Origin: an uncultured Veillonella sp.
GTDB lineage: Bacteria; Bacillota; Negativicutes; Veillonellales; Veillonellaceae
Strand: one strand, 5' to 3'
Assembly (NCBI RefSeq): GCF_900538355.1
Contig: NZ_UPXS01000003.1
DNA length: 64,000 nucleotides
Position 1 is the first letter of the stretch; every line of letters begins with the position of its first letter. This document shows, in pieces, positions 10,670 through 19,061 of this stretch. The notes under the pieces are model-generated. The model made no database searches. It saw nothing but the letters and a program-made list of their open reading frames with translations, and was not told the DNA's origin. Position numbers and translations under genes: made by a program.

Positions 10670-11709
10670 TGGAACTAGATTATAAGCGCATTGTGGTCAC
10701 CTTTCTCATGCACTTAGGTGATGTTATTTTAACGACTCCATTCCTAGAGGTGCTACGTAAAGCTGCTCCACATAGCCATATTACGTATGTAATAGATGAA
10801 AAACTGCAACAAGTGATGCAATATAATCCAAATATTGATGAACTTATCGTTGTAGATAAAAAAGGGCGTCATAATAGTATTTCTGGGCTCAATGAGGTAG
10901 CTCGTGAGATTAATGCAAAGGGTAAACCTGATATCGTTATCAATTTGCATCCCAATGAACGTACTTCCTATTTAGCCTGGAAGATTCATGCGCCCATTAC
11001 GACTGGTATGAGTCATTTTTTGTTTAGACCGTTTATGACAAAATATACCCGTTTAGACCGTAAAACTCGCCACGCTGCAGATATGTACATCAATGTACTA
11101 GAACAATCAGGTGTAACTGATACTTCTAACTCTGGCTTACACATTGAAACCTGTGAAGCATGGCGCCGTGAGGCTCAAGATTTCTATGCTAGTCATGGAT
11201 TAACCGATAGTGATACGCTCATCGGTTTTAATATTGGTAGTGCTGTTCCTGAGAAGCGCTGGCCTGCTGAACGATTTGCCCATGTAGCTGATTATTTCGG
11301 TCATTTAGGATATAAGACGGTATTCTTTGGCGGCCCTATGGATCTCGAAATGGTGCAACCTGTAGTAGAACAAATGGAAACGAAACCGATTGTGGCTACT
11401 GGAAAATTCCAGTTAGGACCGTTGGCGGCGGCAATGAGCCGCTGTAATCTATTGATTACAAATGACTCTGGTCCTATGCATGTGGCCATCAGTCAACAGG
11501 TGCCAATTGTGGCAATCTATGGGCCATCAAACCCATTCTTTTATGGTCCGTACCAAGCTCATGCTATCGTTCTTGAAACGATGGACTCCTATGAGGTTGG
11601 TAAAAGCATGAAAAAGATTATTAAAGAAGGAAATTACAAAGGGTTATCTGTAATTTCTGAAGAACAGGTTATTAAAGCGGCGGAAACGTTGCTTTCAGAA
11701 TCGAAATAA
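10669..11709 (+). CDS. LPS heptosyltransferase (GT9 family), second paralog
   Basis: GT9 signature (HLGDVILTTP; DSGPMHVA). Translationally coupled to the upstream GT9 gene. Confidence 0.8.
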   Translation: MELDYKRIVVTFLMHLGDVILTTPFLEVLRKAAPHSHITYVIDEKLQQVMQYNPNIDELIVVDKKGRHNSISGLNEVAREINAKGKPDIVINLHPNERTSYLAWKIHAPITTGMSHFLFRPFMTKYTRLDRKTRHAADMYINVLEQSGVTDTSNSGLHIETCEAWRREAQDFYASHGLTDSDTLIGFNIGSAVPEKRWPAERFAHVADYFGHLGYKTVFFGGPMDLEMVQPVVEQMETKPIVATGKFQLGPLAAAMSRCNLLITNDSGPMHVAISQQVPIVAIYGPSNPFFYGPYQAHAIVLETMDSYEVGKSMKKIIKEGNYKGLSVISEEQVIKAAETLLSESK

Positions 11710-11713
11710 ACAT

Positions 11714-12697
11714 ATGAACTATATTGTATTTGATTTAGAGTGGAATCAACCCTATAGCAATGACATTAGCTTTATGAAGCGCACAAAAATGCCACTAACA
11801 GGGGAAATCATTCAAATCGGAGCGGTAAAACTGAATGAAAAGATGGACATTGTAGATCATTTTACAATGTTCATCAAACCACAATACCTGCCACGGATGC
11901 ATAAACATGTCCGTGAATTAACAGGTATTACATCACGAGAACTCGATCATGGTGTGCCCTTTAAGACAGCTATGCAGTACTTTCAAAATTGGTGTGGTGA
12001 TGAGTATATGTTGTTATCTTGGGGGTCTGATGACATTCTCATATTGCGTGAAAATCTAATGCTTCATAGGATGAAAGCTTTATCTTATGATCAATGGGTA
12101 GATGCACAGATGATTTATGCGTATCAGCGATATGGTACGAGTCAACAGTATTCTGTGGCTCATGCCATGGAGGACCTAAATATATCTACGGAGCATTTAT
12201 CTGCTCATAATGCATTACATGATGCTGTATTTACGGCTCATATATGTCAAAAGCTAGATATACAACAAGGTATTTTACATTATGATCTAATTCGAAAGGA
12301 AAGCAGTAATCCTTTCTTATATCCACCAATTTTAACGTTCTTTATGTATGAGAACTTCCCTGAAAAGAAGCGCATTGTTCATGATAGAAGGGTTCGATTA
12401 TCATTCTGCCCGTATTGTCAGACCCGCTTGGAAATGACGCGGCCAGAACGATTGCAAGGTGATAAGCATCTCGCTATAGGCGTTTGTCCTAAACATGGCG
12501 ATTTTGCAGTGCAACTTAAAGTTGGAAAATATACGATTAAGTCCGGTAGTACTAAATTCTACGTTACAAAGGTATTAACGCATTGTACGGACGAAATTCG
12601 TTCTCTATATACTCAGAAGTCTGAAATTAATCGAGAGAAAGAGCGAAAATATTTGGAATTTCGCCGGGCGGAAATTGAAAAGGACCGCCAAAAATAA
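11714..12697 (+). CDS. DEDDh 3'-5' exonuclease (KapD/ERI-1-like) with C-terminal Cys/His extension
   Basis: Exo I motif FDLEWN. HNALHDAVFTAHI is the Exo III H-x4-D motif. The C-terminal ~120 aa contain CPYCQT...CPKHGD, a putative zinc ribbon. Confidence 0.65.
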   Translation: MNYIVFDLEWNQPYSNDISFMKRTKMPLTGEIIQIGAVKLNEKMDIVDHFTMFIKPQYLPRMHKHVRELTGITSRELDHGVPFKTAMQYFQNWCGDEYMLLSWGSDDILILRENLMLHRMKALSYDQWVDAQMIYAYQRYGTSQQYSVAHAMEDLNISTEHLSAHNALHDAVFTAHICQKLDIQQGILHYDLIRKESSNPFLYPPILTFFMYENFPEKKRIVHDRRVRLSFCPYCQTRLEMTRPERLQGDKHLAIGVCPKHGDFAVQLKVGKYTIKSGSTKFYVTKVLTHCTDEIRSLYTQKSEINREKERKYLEFRRAEIEKDRQK

Positions 12698-12767
12698 TTT
12701 TATTAATTCCTGTTCACATCTATAGTTTCTTAATTATTAGCTTGTGAGCATTTAGAAAGGATAGATT

Positions 12768-14159
12768 ATGGAACGCAAATATGCATGGCATAATTACGAC
12801 GATGCCACTATGGAAAAGGTATATGCCTTAAGTGATACATATCGTCAATTTTTAGATAATGGTAAAACAGAACGTGAATGTGTTGTACAGGCCGTTGAAT
12901 TTGCAGAAGCAAAAGGATATGTAAATTTAAAAGATATTATTAAATCCAATACACCAATCAACGCTGGGGATAAAATTTATTACACACATATGGATAAATC
13001 CATTGCTTTATTTAATATTGGTACTGATGATATTGAATTAGGTATGAATATCTTAGGTGCTCATATCGATTCTCCACGCATCGATGTAAAGCAAAATCCA
13101 CAATATGAAGATAGCAATCTCGTATTTTGGGATACTCATTACTATGGAGGCATTAAAAAATACCATTGGGTTGCTATGCCTCTTGCTATTCATGGCGTTG
13201 TAGTAAAAACAGATGGTACTCGTATCAACATCAATATTGGGGATAACGAAAATGATCCTGTATTCTGCATTACAGACTTGTTACCGCATTTGGGACAAGA
13301 GCAAATGCAAAAGAATGCAGCTAAGGTAATTGAAGGGGAAGCCCTTGATTTACTCATTGGTAGCCGTCCTGTAAAAGATGAAGAAAAAGAAGGGGTTACT
13401 AAATTTATTAACAACCTTCTTGAAAAAGAATATGGTTTTGTAGAACGTGATTTATTATCTGCAGAGCTTGAAATTGTACCAGCAGGTAAGGCGCGTGATA
13501 TGGGCTTTGACCGCTCTATGGTTATGGCCTATGGTCAAGACGATCGCGTATGTGCGTATACATCCTTGGTGGCTATGCTTGAAGTAGATAATGTTAAACG
13601 CACAACTTGTTGCTTGCTTGTAGATAAAGAAGAAATCGGTTCTGTAGGCGCTACAGGTATGCAATCTCGTTTCTTTGAAAATGCAGTAGCAGAAGTTCTC
13701 ACACTTATGGGTAAACCTAATTCTGTAAGTGTACGACGAACATTGGAAAATTCTCGTATGTTATCCTCTGATGTTAGTGCCGGCTATGATCCGCTATATG
13801 CATCTGCATTCGAAAAGAAAAATGCATCTTACCTAGGTATGGGTGTTGTATTCAATAAATTTACCGGTTCTCGTGGTAAATCTGGCTCTAATGATGCCAA
13901 TGCAGAATATATGGGCTTCATTCGTCGTGTTATGGAATCTAACAATGTAACATACCAAACTGCAGAGCTTGGTAAGGTTGATCTCGGCGGTGGTGGTACC
14001 ATTGCATATATCATGGCATTATACGGTATGAATGTTATCGACTGTGGTGTGGCTGTGCTTAGCATGCATGCTCCATGGGAGGTTACATCTAAGGCGGATA
14101 TTTACGAAGCAAAACAATGCTATGTTGCGTTCTTAAATGCAGCTGATGAATCAATCTAA
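12768..14159 (+). CDS. M18-family aminopeptidase (aminopeptidase I type)
   Basis: 463 aa. HIDSP metal-binding motif and the C-terminal GGGGT / MHAP motifs of M18 peptidases. Paralogous to the partial gene at the window start. Confidence 0.8.
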   Translation: MERKYAWHNYDDATMEKVYALSDTYRQFLDNGKTERECVVQAVEFAEAKGYVNLKDIIKSNTPINAGDKIYYTHMDKSIALFNIGTDDIELGMNILGAHIDSPRIDVKQNPQYEDSNLVFWDTHYYGGIKKYHWVAMPLAIHGVVVKTDGTRININIGDNENDPVFCITDLLPHLGQEQMQKNAAKVIEGEALDLLIGSRPVKDEEKEGVTKFINNLLEKEYGFVERDLLSAELEIVPAGKARDMGFDRSMVMAYGQDDRVCAYTSLVAMLEVDNVKRTTCCLLVDKEEIGSVGATGMQSRFFENAVAEVLTLMGKPNSVSVRRTLENSRMLSSDVSAGYDPLYASAFEKKNASYLGMGVVFNKFTGSRGKSGSNDANAEYMGFIRRVMESNNVTYQTAELGKVDLGGGGTIAYIMALYGMNVIDCGVAVLSMHAPWEVTSKADIYEAKQCYVAFLNAADESI

Positions 14160-14209
14160 AATTATGGGGCTTTCACCAATGGTGAAAGTCCATTCTATGT
14201 GAGGTATAT

Positions 14210-14587
14210 ATGAATCAAACGGAATTAGGCGCAGCTATTGAAGCAGCGAAGGGAGAGGCAACAGAGGTTAAGACTGTAAAGGTCGATATTTTTGATATTC
14301 CTGAAACAAAGGCTGAAGAATATATTGCTAATCGTGAAGAAGTAGCAGAAGCTGCAGCACAGGTCATGAAACCATACTGTGTAACGGTAAAGCGTGAAAC
14401 ATTAGATCCTGATGAAGGGGAAGCTGTAGTTGGTTATTATGTAACGGGTGAAATTTTAATGTGTGTCATTCTCGATCCATTTGAAGTACCTGTTATGAAG
14501 GTAGCACTTGATAAGGGGACCCTTAAAAACTACATTTTAGCAGCTAATGATTTAACAGAAGACATGTTAGCATCTCTCGAAAAATAA
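14210..14587 (+). CDS. hypothetical small acidic protein
   Basis: 125-aa ORF with GTGAGG RBS. No recognisable motif. Coding-like codon usage. Confidence 0.5.
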   Translation: MNQTELGAAIEAAKGEATEVKTVKVDIFDIPETKAEEYIANREEVAEAAAQVMKPYCVTVKRETLDPDEGEAVVGYYVTGEILMCVILDPFEVPVMKVALDKGTLKNYILAANDLTEDMLASLEK

Positions 14588-14645
14588 GAGGATTTCATAT
14601 CTTAATGTGTTCTATAAATGGACAAATGTAAAATACTTTAATCTG

Positions 14646-14680
14646 CTACATTGATGTAGTAAAGAAATTTGTTTATAATA
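14646..14680 (+). promoter_or_regulatory. sigma70-like promoter with overlapping inverted repeat CTACAT-tg-ATGTAG upstream of the ABC transporter cluster
   Basis: TTGATG -35, a 17-nt spacer and TATAAT -10. The 6-bp inverted repeat spans the -35 region. Confidence 0.4.
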
Positions 14681-14718
14681 GATGTATTATAGTCATTGCA
14701 GATAGGAAGGAAATCCCC

Positions 14719-15696
14719 ATGAATTTAAAAAAAGGTATTGCCCTAGCGCTCACGGCGGCAGCATTGATGGCATTCACAGGCTGTGGATCAAATGGAACAA
14801 CATCTAATGGTGAATATAAGGTTGGCGTAGTACAACTGGTTGAACATCCTGCACTTGATGCAGCAAACAAAGGTTTTGTTGATGCTTTAAAAGAAAAAGG
14901 CTTGGCAGATAAAATTACCTTTGACCAACAAAATGCACAAGCTGATCAATCTAATTTGAACAGTATTGCACAGCGTTTTGTATCTGATCGTAAAAACTTA
15001 ATCTTAGCGATTGCAACACCTGCAGCTCAATCTATGGCGAATGCAACTCATGATATCCCAATCTTGGGTACTGCTATTACTGATTACGAAGCAGCAAAAC
15101 TTGTTAAATCTAATGAAAAACCAGGTGGTAATGTATCTGGTACATCTGATATGAACCCAGTAGAGCAACAAGTTGATTTAATTTTACAAGTATTGCCGAA
15201 CGCAAAAACTATCGGTACTATTTATAGCTCTAGTGAAGTAAATTCTCAAATTCAAGTTGAAAAAATGAAAGCTTATGCAGCTACAAAAGGTGTTAAGGTT
15301 GAAGAGGTTACAGTTTCTAATGTAAACGATATTCAACAAGCAGCACAAAATCTTGTTTCTCAACGTGTAGATGCAATTTATGTGCCAACAGATAATGTAG
15401 TAGCTTCTGCGATGAGCAATCTTGTAGCAATTACTGATCCAGCAAAAATTCCTGTGTTTGGCGGCGAAGATAACCACGTAAAAGGTGGTGCTGTAATGTC
15501 CTTGTCCGTAGATTACTACAAACTTGGATACCAAACAGGTTTAATGGCAGCTAAAATTTTAACTGGTGAAGCTAAAGTTGAAGATATGCCTATTGAAATG
15601 CAAAAAGAATTTAAATTAGTTGTAAGTAAAGATAAATTACAAAAATTGGGCATCACATTACCAGAAGAATTGATGAACAAAGCAACTATGATTTAA
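14719..15696 (+). CDS. ABC transporter substrate-binding lipoprotein (COG2984-type, uncharacterized transport system)
   Basis: Lipoprotein signal with lipobox FTGC. 325 aa. Shares long identical stretches with the next gene (DQQNAQADQSNLNSIAQRFVSD, KPGGNVSGTSDM). Confidence 0.8.
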   Translation: MNLKKGIALALTAAALMAFTGCGSNGTTSNGEYKVGVVQLVEHPALDAANKGFVDALKEKGLADKITFDQQNAQADQSNLNSIAQRFVSDRKNLILAIATPAAQSMANATHDIPILGTAITDYEAAKLVKSNEKPGGNVSGTSDMNPVEQQVDLILQVLPNAKTIGTIYSSSEVNSQIQVEKMKAYAATKGVKVEEVTVSNVNDIQQAAQNLVSQRVDAIYVPTDNVVASAMSNLVAITDPAKIPVFGGEDNHVKGGAVMSLSVDYYKLGYQTGLMAAKILTGEAKVEDMPIEMQKEFKLVVSKDKLQKLGITLPEELMNKATMI

Positions 15697-15720
15697 TAAA
15701 CAATTGGTAAGGAGTTACAT

Positions 15721-16698
15721 ATGAACTGGAAAAAAGGTATTGCAGTAGCACTTAGTGCTATTTCTATTATGGCAATTGTGGCAGGTTGCGGTTCTAATAC
15801 AGCAACTAATGAGCAAAAGAAAATTGGTGTTATTCAATTGGTAGAACATCCATCTCTTGATGCTGCGAATAAAGGTTTTGTTGATGGTCTTGCATCTAAA
15901 GGCTATAAAGATGGGGAAAACATCAAATTAGATCAACAAAATGCACAAGCTGATCAATCTAATTTGAATAGTATTGCTCAACGTTTTGTATCTGATAAAA
16001 AGGATTTAGTATTAGCGATTGCTACACCAGCAGCACAAACGATGGCAAATGCATCTCATGATATTCCAATCATGGGTACTGCTATTACAGATTACGTAAC
16101 AGCAAAACTTGTTCAATCTAATGAAAAACCAGGTGGTAATGTATCTGGTACATCTGATATGACACCTGTAGAAAAAGAGGTTGATCTTATTATTGCGTTA
16201 GTACCAAATGTAAAACGTATTGGTGCTATTTACACATCTTCTGAAATCAACTCCCAACTTCAAGTTGAAAAAATGAAAGCTTATGCTGCCACAAAAGGTA
16301 TTACCGTTGTAGAAGCTACTGTATCTAACGTAAATGATATCCAACAAGCGGCTACAAATCTTGTAAATCAAGATGTACAAGCCATTTATACACCAACTGA
16401 TAATGTATTAGCATCTGCTATGGCTAACTTAGCACAAATTACAGATGCAGCTAAAATTCCAGTATTTGCTGCCGATGAAGGTATGACAATGACTGGTGGT
16501 GTAGCAACATATTCTGTTGACTACTATAAATTAGGTTATCAAACTGGTTTAATGGCGGCAAAAGTGCTTTCTGGTGAAGCTAAAATCTCTGATTTAGCCA
16601 TTGAAACACAAAAAGATATTAAGTTAACTGTAAACGAAGAACGTGCTAAAAAATTAGGTATTACAATTCCTGAAGCACTTCGTAAAGATATGAAATAA
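15721..16698 (+). CDS. ABC transporter substrate-binding lipoprotein, tandem paralog
   Basis: Lipobox VAGC. 325 aa. Highly similar to the upstream binding-protein gene. Confidence 0.8.
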   Translation: MNWKKGIAVALSAISIMAIVAGCGSNTATNEQKKIGVIQLVEHPSLDAANKGFVDGLASKGYKDGENIKLDQQNAQADQSNLNSIAQRFVSDKKDLVLAIATPAAQTMANASHDIPIMGTAITDYVTAKLVQSNEKPGGNVSGTSDMTPVEKEVDLIIALVPNVKRIGAIYTSSEINSQLQVEKMKAYAATKGITVVEATVSNVNDIQQAATNLVNQDVQAIYTPTDNVLASAMANLAQITDAAKIPVFAADEGMTMTGGVATYSVDYYKLGYQTGLMAAKVLSGEAKISDLAIETQKDIKLTVNEERAKKLGITIPEALRKDMK

Positions 16699-16709
16699 TA
16701 GAGGAGATT

Positions 16710-17585
16710 TTGATGTTAGATTTAGTGGTAGGCACCATAACAACTGGCCTTTTATGGTCTTTGTTAGCGGTAGGTGTTTTCATTACCTTCCGTGTATTAG
16801 ATGTGGCTGACTTAACCGTAGAAGGTACGTTTCCAATGGGGGCGGCCATTTCTGCAATTTTAATTACAAGTGGTATGAACCCAATCCTATCTATCTTGAT
16901 TGCCGGCATTGGCGGTATGGCCGCAGGTGCTGTAACAGGTTGGATTCATACTAAATTGAAGATCCCTGCATTGCTTGCAGGTATCTTAACAATGATTGCT
17001 TTATACTCCATTAATCTTCATATTATGGGGAAAGCTAACGTATCTTTGCTTCGTATGGATACAATTTATACAATTATCGGTAGTGTACTTCATACAGCAA
17101 ATATGTGGTCTGCAGCTATCGTAGGTATCATCGTAGCTGTTGTAGTATGCTTATTATTATTCTGGTTCTTCGGTACTGAAATTGGTACAGCATTACGTGC
17201 AACAGGTGTTAACCCACAAATGATTCGTGCTCAAGGCGTAAACACTGACAATATGATCGTTCTTGGTCTTTTGATTTCCAATGGTTTTGTTGGTATGTCT
17301 GGTGCTTTAATAGGTCAATTCCAAGGCTTTGCCGACGTAGGTATGGGTATTGGTACCATCGTAATTGGTTTGGCTTCTGTAATTATCGGTGAGGTAGTAT
17401 TTGGTACAAAATCCTTCGTACGTAGCCTCATTGCTGTAGTACTTGGCTCTATCGTATATCGTATCGTTATTGCGGCTGTACTCTACATGGGTATGCCACC
17501 AAATGATTTGAAATTATTCACTGCTATTCTTGTTGCCATCGCGCTTTCCTTGCCTACATTGAAAGCAAAATGGTTGGCTCGTTAA
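16710..17585 (+). CDS. ABC transporter permease (COG4120-type)
   Basis: 291-aa polytopic membrane protein, translationally linked to the binding-protein and ATPase genes. Confidence 0.8.
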   Translation: MMLDLVVGTITTGLLWSLLAVGVFITFRVLDVADLTVEGTFPMGAAISAILITSGMNPILSILIAGIGGMAAGAVTGWIHTKLKIPALLAGILTMIALYSINLHIMGKANVSLLRMDTIYTIIGSVLHTANMWSAAIVGIIVAVVVCLLLFWFFGTEIGTALRATGVNPQMIRAQGVNTDNMIVLGLLISNGFVGMSGALIGQFQGFADVGMGIGTIVIGLASVIIGEVVFGTKSFVRSLIAVVLGSIVYRIVIAAVLYMGMPPNDLKLFTAILVAIALSLPTLKAKWLAR

Positions 17586-17595
17586 GGAGGACACT

Positions 17596-18393
17596 ATGTT
17601 AGAAGTAAAAAATATGGTAAAAACCTTCTTTAAGGGCACAATCAATGAAAAAACTGCTCTTCAAGGTATTGATCTTCGATTAGAAGAAGGCGATTTCTGT
17701 ACTGTAATCGGTGGTAATGGTGCTGGTAAAAGTACGTTGCTAAACTCCATCGCTGGTGTATTCCCGGTAGATGAAGGTTCTATCACAATCAATGATATTG
17801 ATGTCACTAAAATGCCGGAATATAAACGTGCTAAATACATTGGCCGTGTATTCCAAGACCCTATGGTTGGTACGGCAGGTAACATGCAAATTGAGGAAAA
17901 TTTGATCCTTGCTATGCGCCGTGGTAAAAACTTAGGTCTTAAATGGGCTTTCAAAGATAGTGAACAAGCGTTCTTTAAAGAACGCCTTGCATTATTAGGT
18001 TTAGGTCTTGAAGATCGTTTATCTGCTCGTATGGGATTACTATCCGGTGGTCAACGCCAATCTATTACATTATTGATGGCTACTATGCTCCGTCCAGACC
18101 TTTTATTACTAGACGAACATACAGCGGCTCTTGACCCTAAGACTGCAGAAAATGTTTTGCAATTAACAGATAAACTTGTAGCAGAACATAATTTAACAAC
18201 TCTTATGATTACCCATAATATGCGTGATGCATTGCGCTTTGGTAATCGCCTCATCATGATGGATGCAGGTCGCATTATCTATGATGTAAAAGGGGAAGAA
18301 AAGAAAAAATTAACAGTTGCCGATTTATTACAAAAATTCGAAGTAGCTGGAGAAAATGCATTGAGCGACCGCATGGTGCTTGGTGCAAAATAA
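17596..18393 (+). CDS. ABC transporter ATP-binding protein (COG1101-type)
   Basis: Walker A GGNGAGKST, ABC signature LSGGQRQ, Walker B LLLDEHTAALD. Confidence 0.85.
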   Translation: MLEVKNMVKTFFKGTINEKTALQGIDLRLEEGDFCTVIGGNGAGKSTLLNSIAGVFPVDEGSITINDIDVTKMPEYKRAKYIGRVFQDPMVGTAGNMQIEENLILAMRRGKNLGLKWAFKDSEQAFFKERLALLGLGLEDRLSARMGLLSGGQRQSITLLMATMLRPDLLLLDEHTAALDPKTAENVLQLTDKLVAEHNLTTLMITHNMRDALRFGNRLIMMDAGRIIYDVKGEEKKKLTVADLLQKFEVAGENALSDRMVLGAK

Positions 18394-18396
18394 TAG

Positions 18397-18424
18397 AAGA
18401 GGGCTGTGGCCCTCTTTTGTTTAT
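18397..18424 (+). terminator. rho-independent terminator after the ABC operon
   Basis: aagagggc tgtg gccctctt followed by a T-run. Confidence 0.75.
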
Positions 18425-18564
18425 TTACTGTATTTATTCTTTACAAGATAAGGTAGATACTGTATACTAAATAAGGTCGTAAGACATATCGTAAGCGAAG
18501 TATTCGAATCTCCAACGGTTACTTAAGCTTATCGGGATTATTTATTTTTTAGGAGGTAACATTA

Positions 18565-18831
18565 ATGTTAACTACAGAAGCTAAATTAGCAGTAATTAAA
18601 GAATACGCTACTCATGAAGGTGACACTGGTTCTCCAGAAGTACAAGTTGCGATTTTGACAAGCCGCATCCAATACTTAACAGATCACTTGAAAGAACACA
18701 AAAAAGACCATCATTCCCGTCGTGGTTTGTTGAAATTGGTTGGTCAACGCCGTAACATGCTTGACTACCTTCGTCGTAAAGATATCGAACGTTACCGTTC
18801 CCTTATCGAACGTCTTGGTCTTCGTAAATAA
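18565..18831 (+). CDS. rpsO: 30S ribosomal protein S15
   Basis: 88 aa. [14 protein letters not shown]...[12 protein letters not shown] is the canonical S15 sequence. Confidence 0.95.
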   Translation: MLTTEAKLAVIKEYATHEGDTGSPEVQVAILTSRIQYLTDHLKEHKKDHHSRRGLLKLVGQRRNMLDYLRRKDIERYRSLIERLGLRK

Positions 18832-18838
18832 TAAAATT

Positions 18839-18863
18839 AGCCGTCCATTAGGACGGCTTTTTT
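18839..18863 (+). terminator. rpsO terminator
   Basis: agccgtcc atta ggacggct followed by ttttt. Confidence 0.8.
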
Positions 18864-18940
18864 ATTTCATTTCTCTATGTTATAATAACGTTAGGCAAAG
18901 GGAAACGAATGCCGATATTCAATTGTGGCAACACAAAAAA

Positions 18941-18968
18941 GGACAGAGCGGCAACTCTGTCCTTTTTT
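18941..18968 (+). terminator. second hairpin and U-tract in the pnp leader (attenuator or processing hairpin)
   Basis: ggacagag cggcaa ctctgtcc flanked by an A-run and a T-run. It lies between rpsO and pnp. Confidence 0.6.
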
Positions 18969-19061
18969 ATTGTGCTAGTTGCTATAATAATTAGCTTATT
19001 TTTTTATGATGATATATAATAAGAAGGTATACATATAAGAAGATTTTTAGGAGGAATAGGA

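Noticed and set aside
18740-18994. 84-aa ORF overlapping the rpsO 3' end
   Set aside because: It spans both rpsO terminator hairpins, has no RBS, and overlaps a highly conserved gene. It is an artifact.
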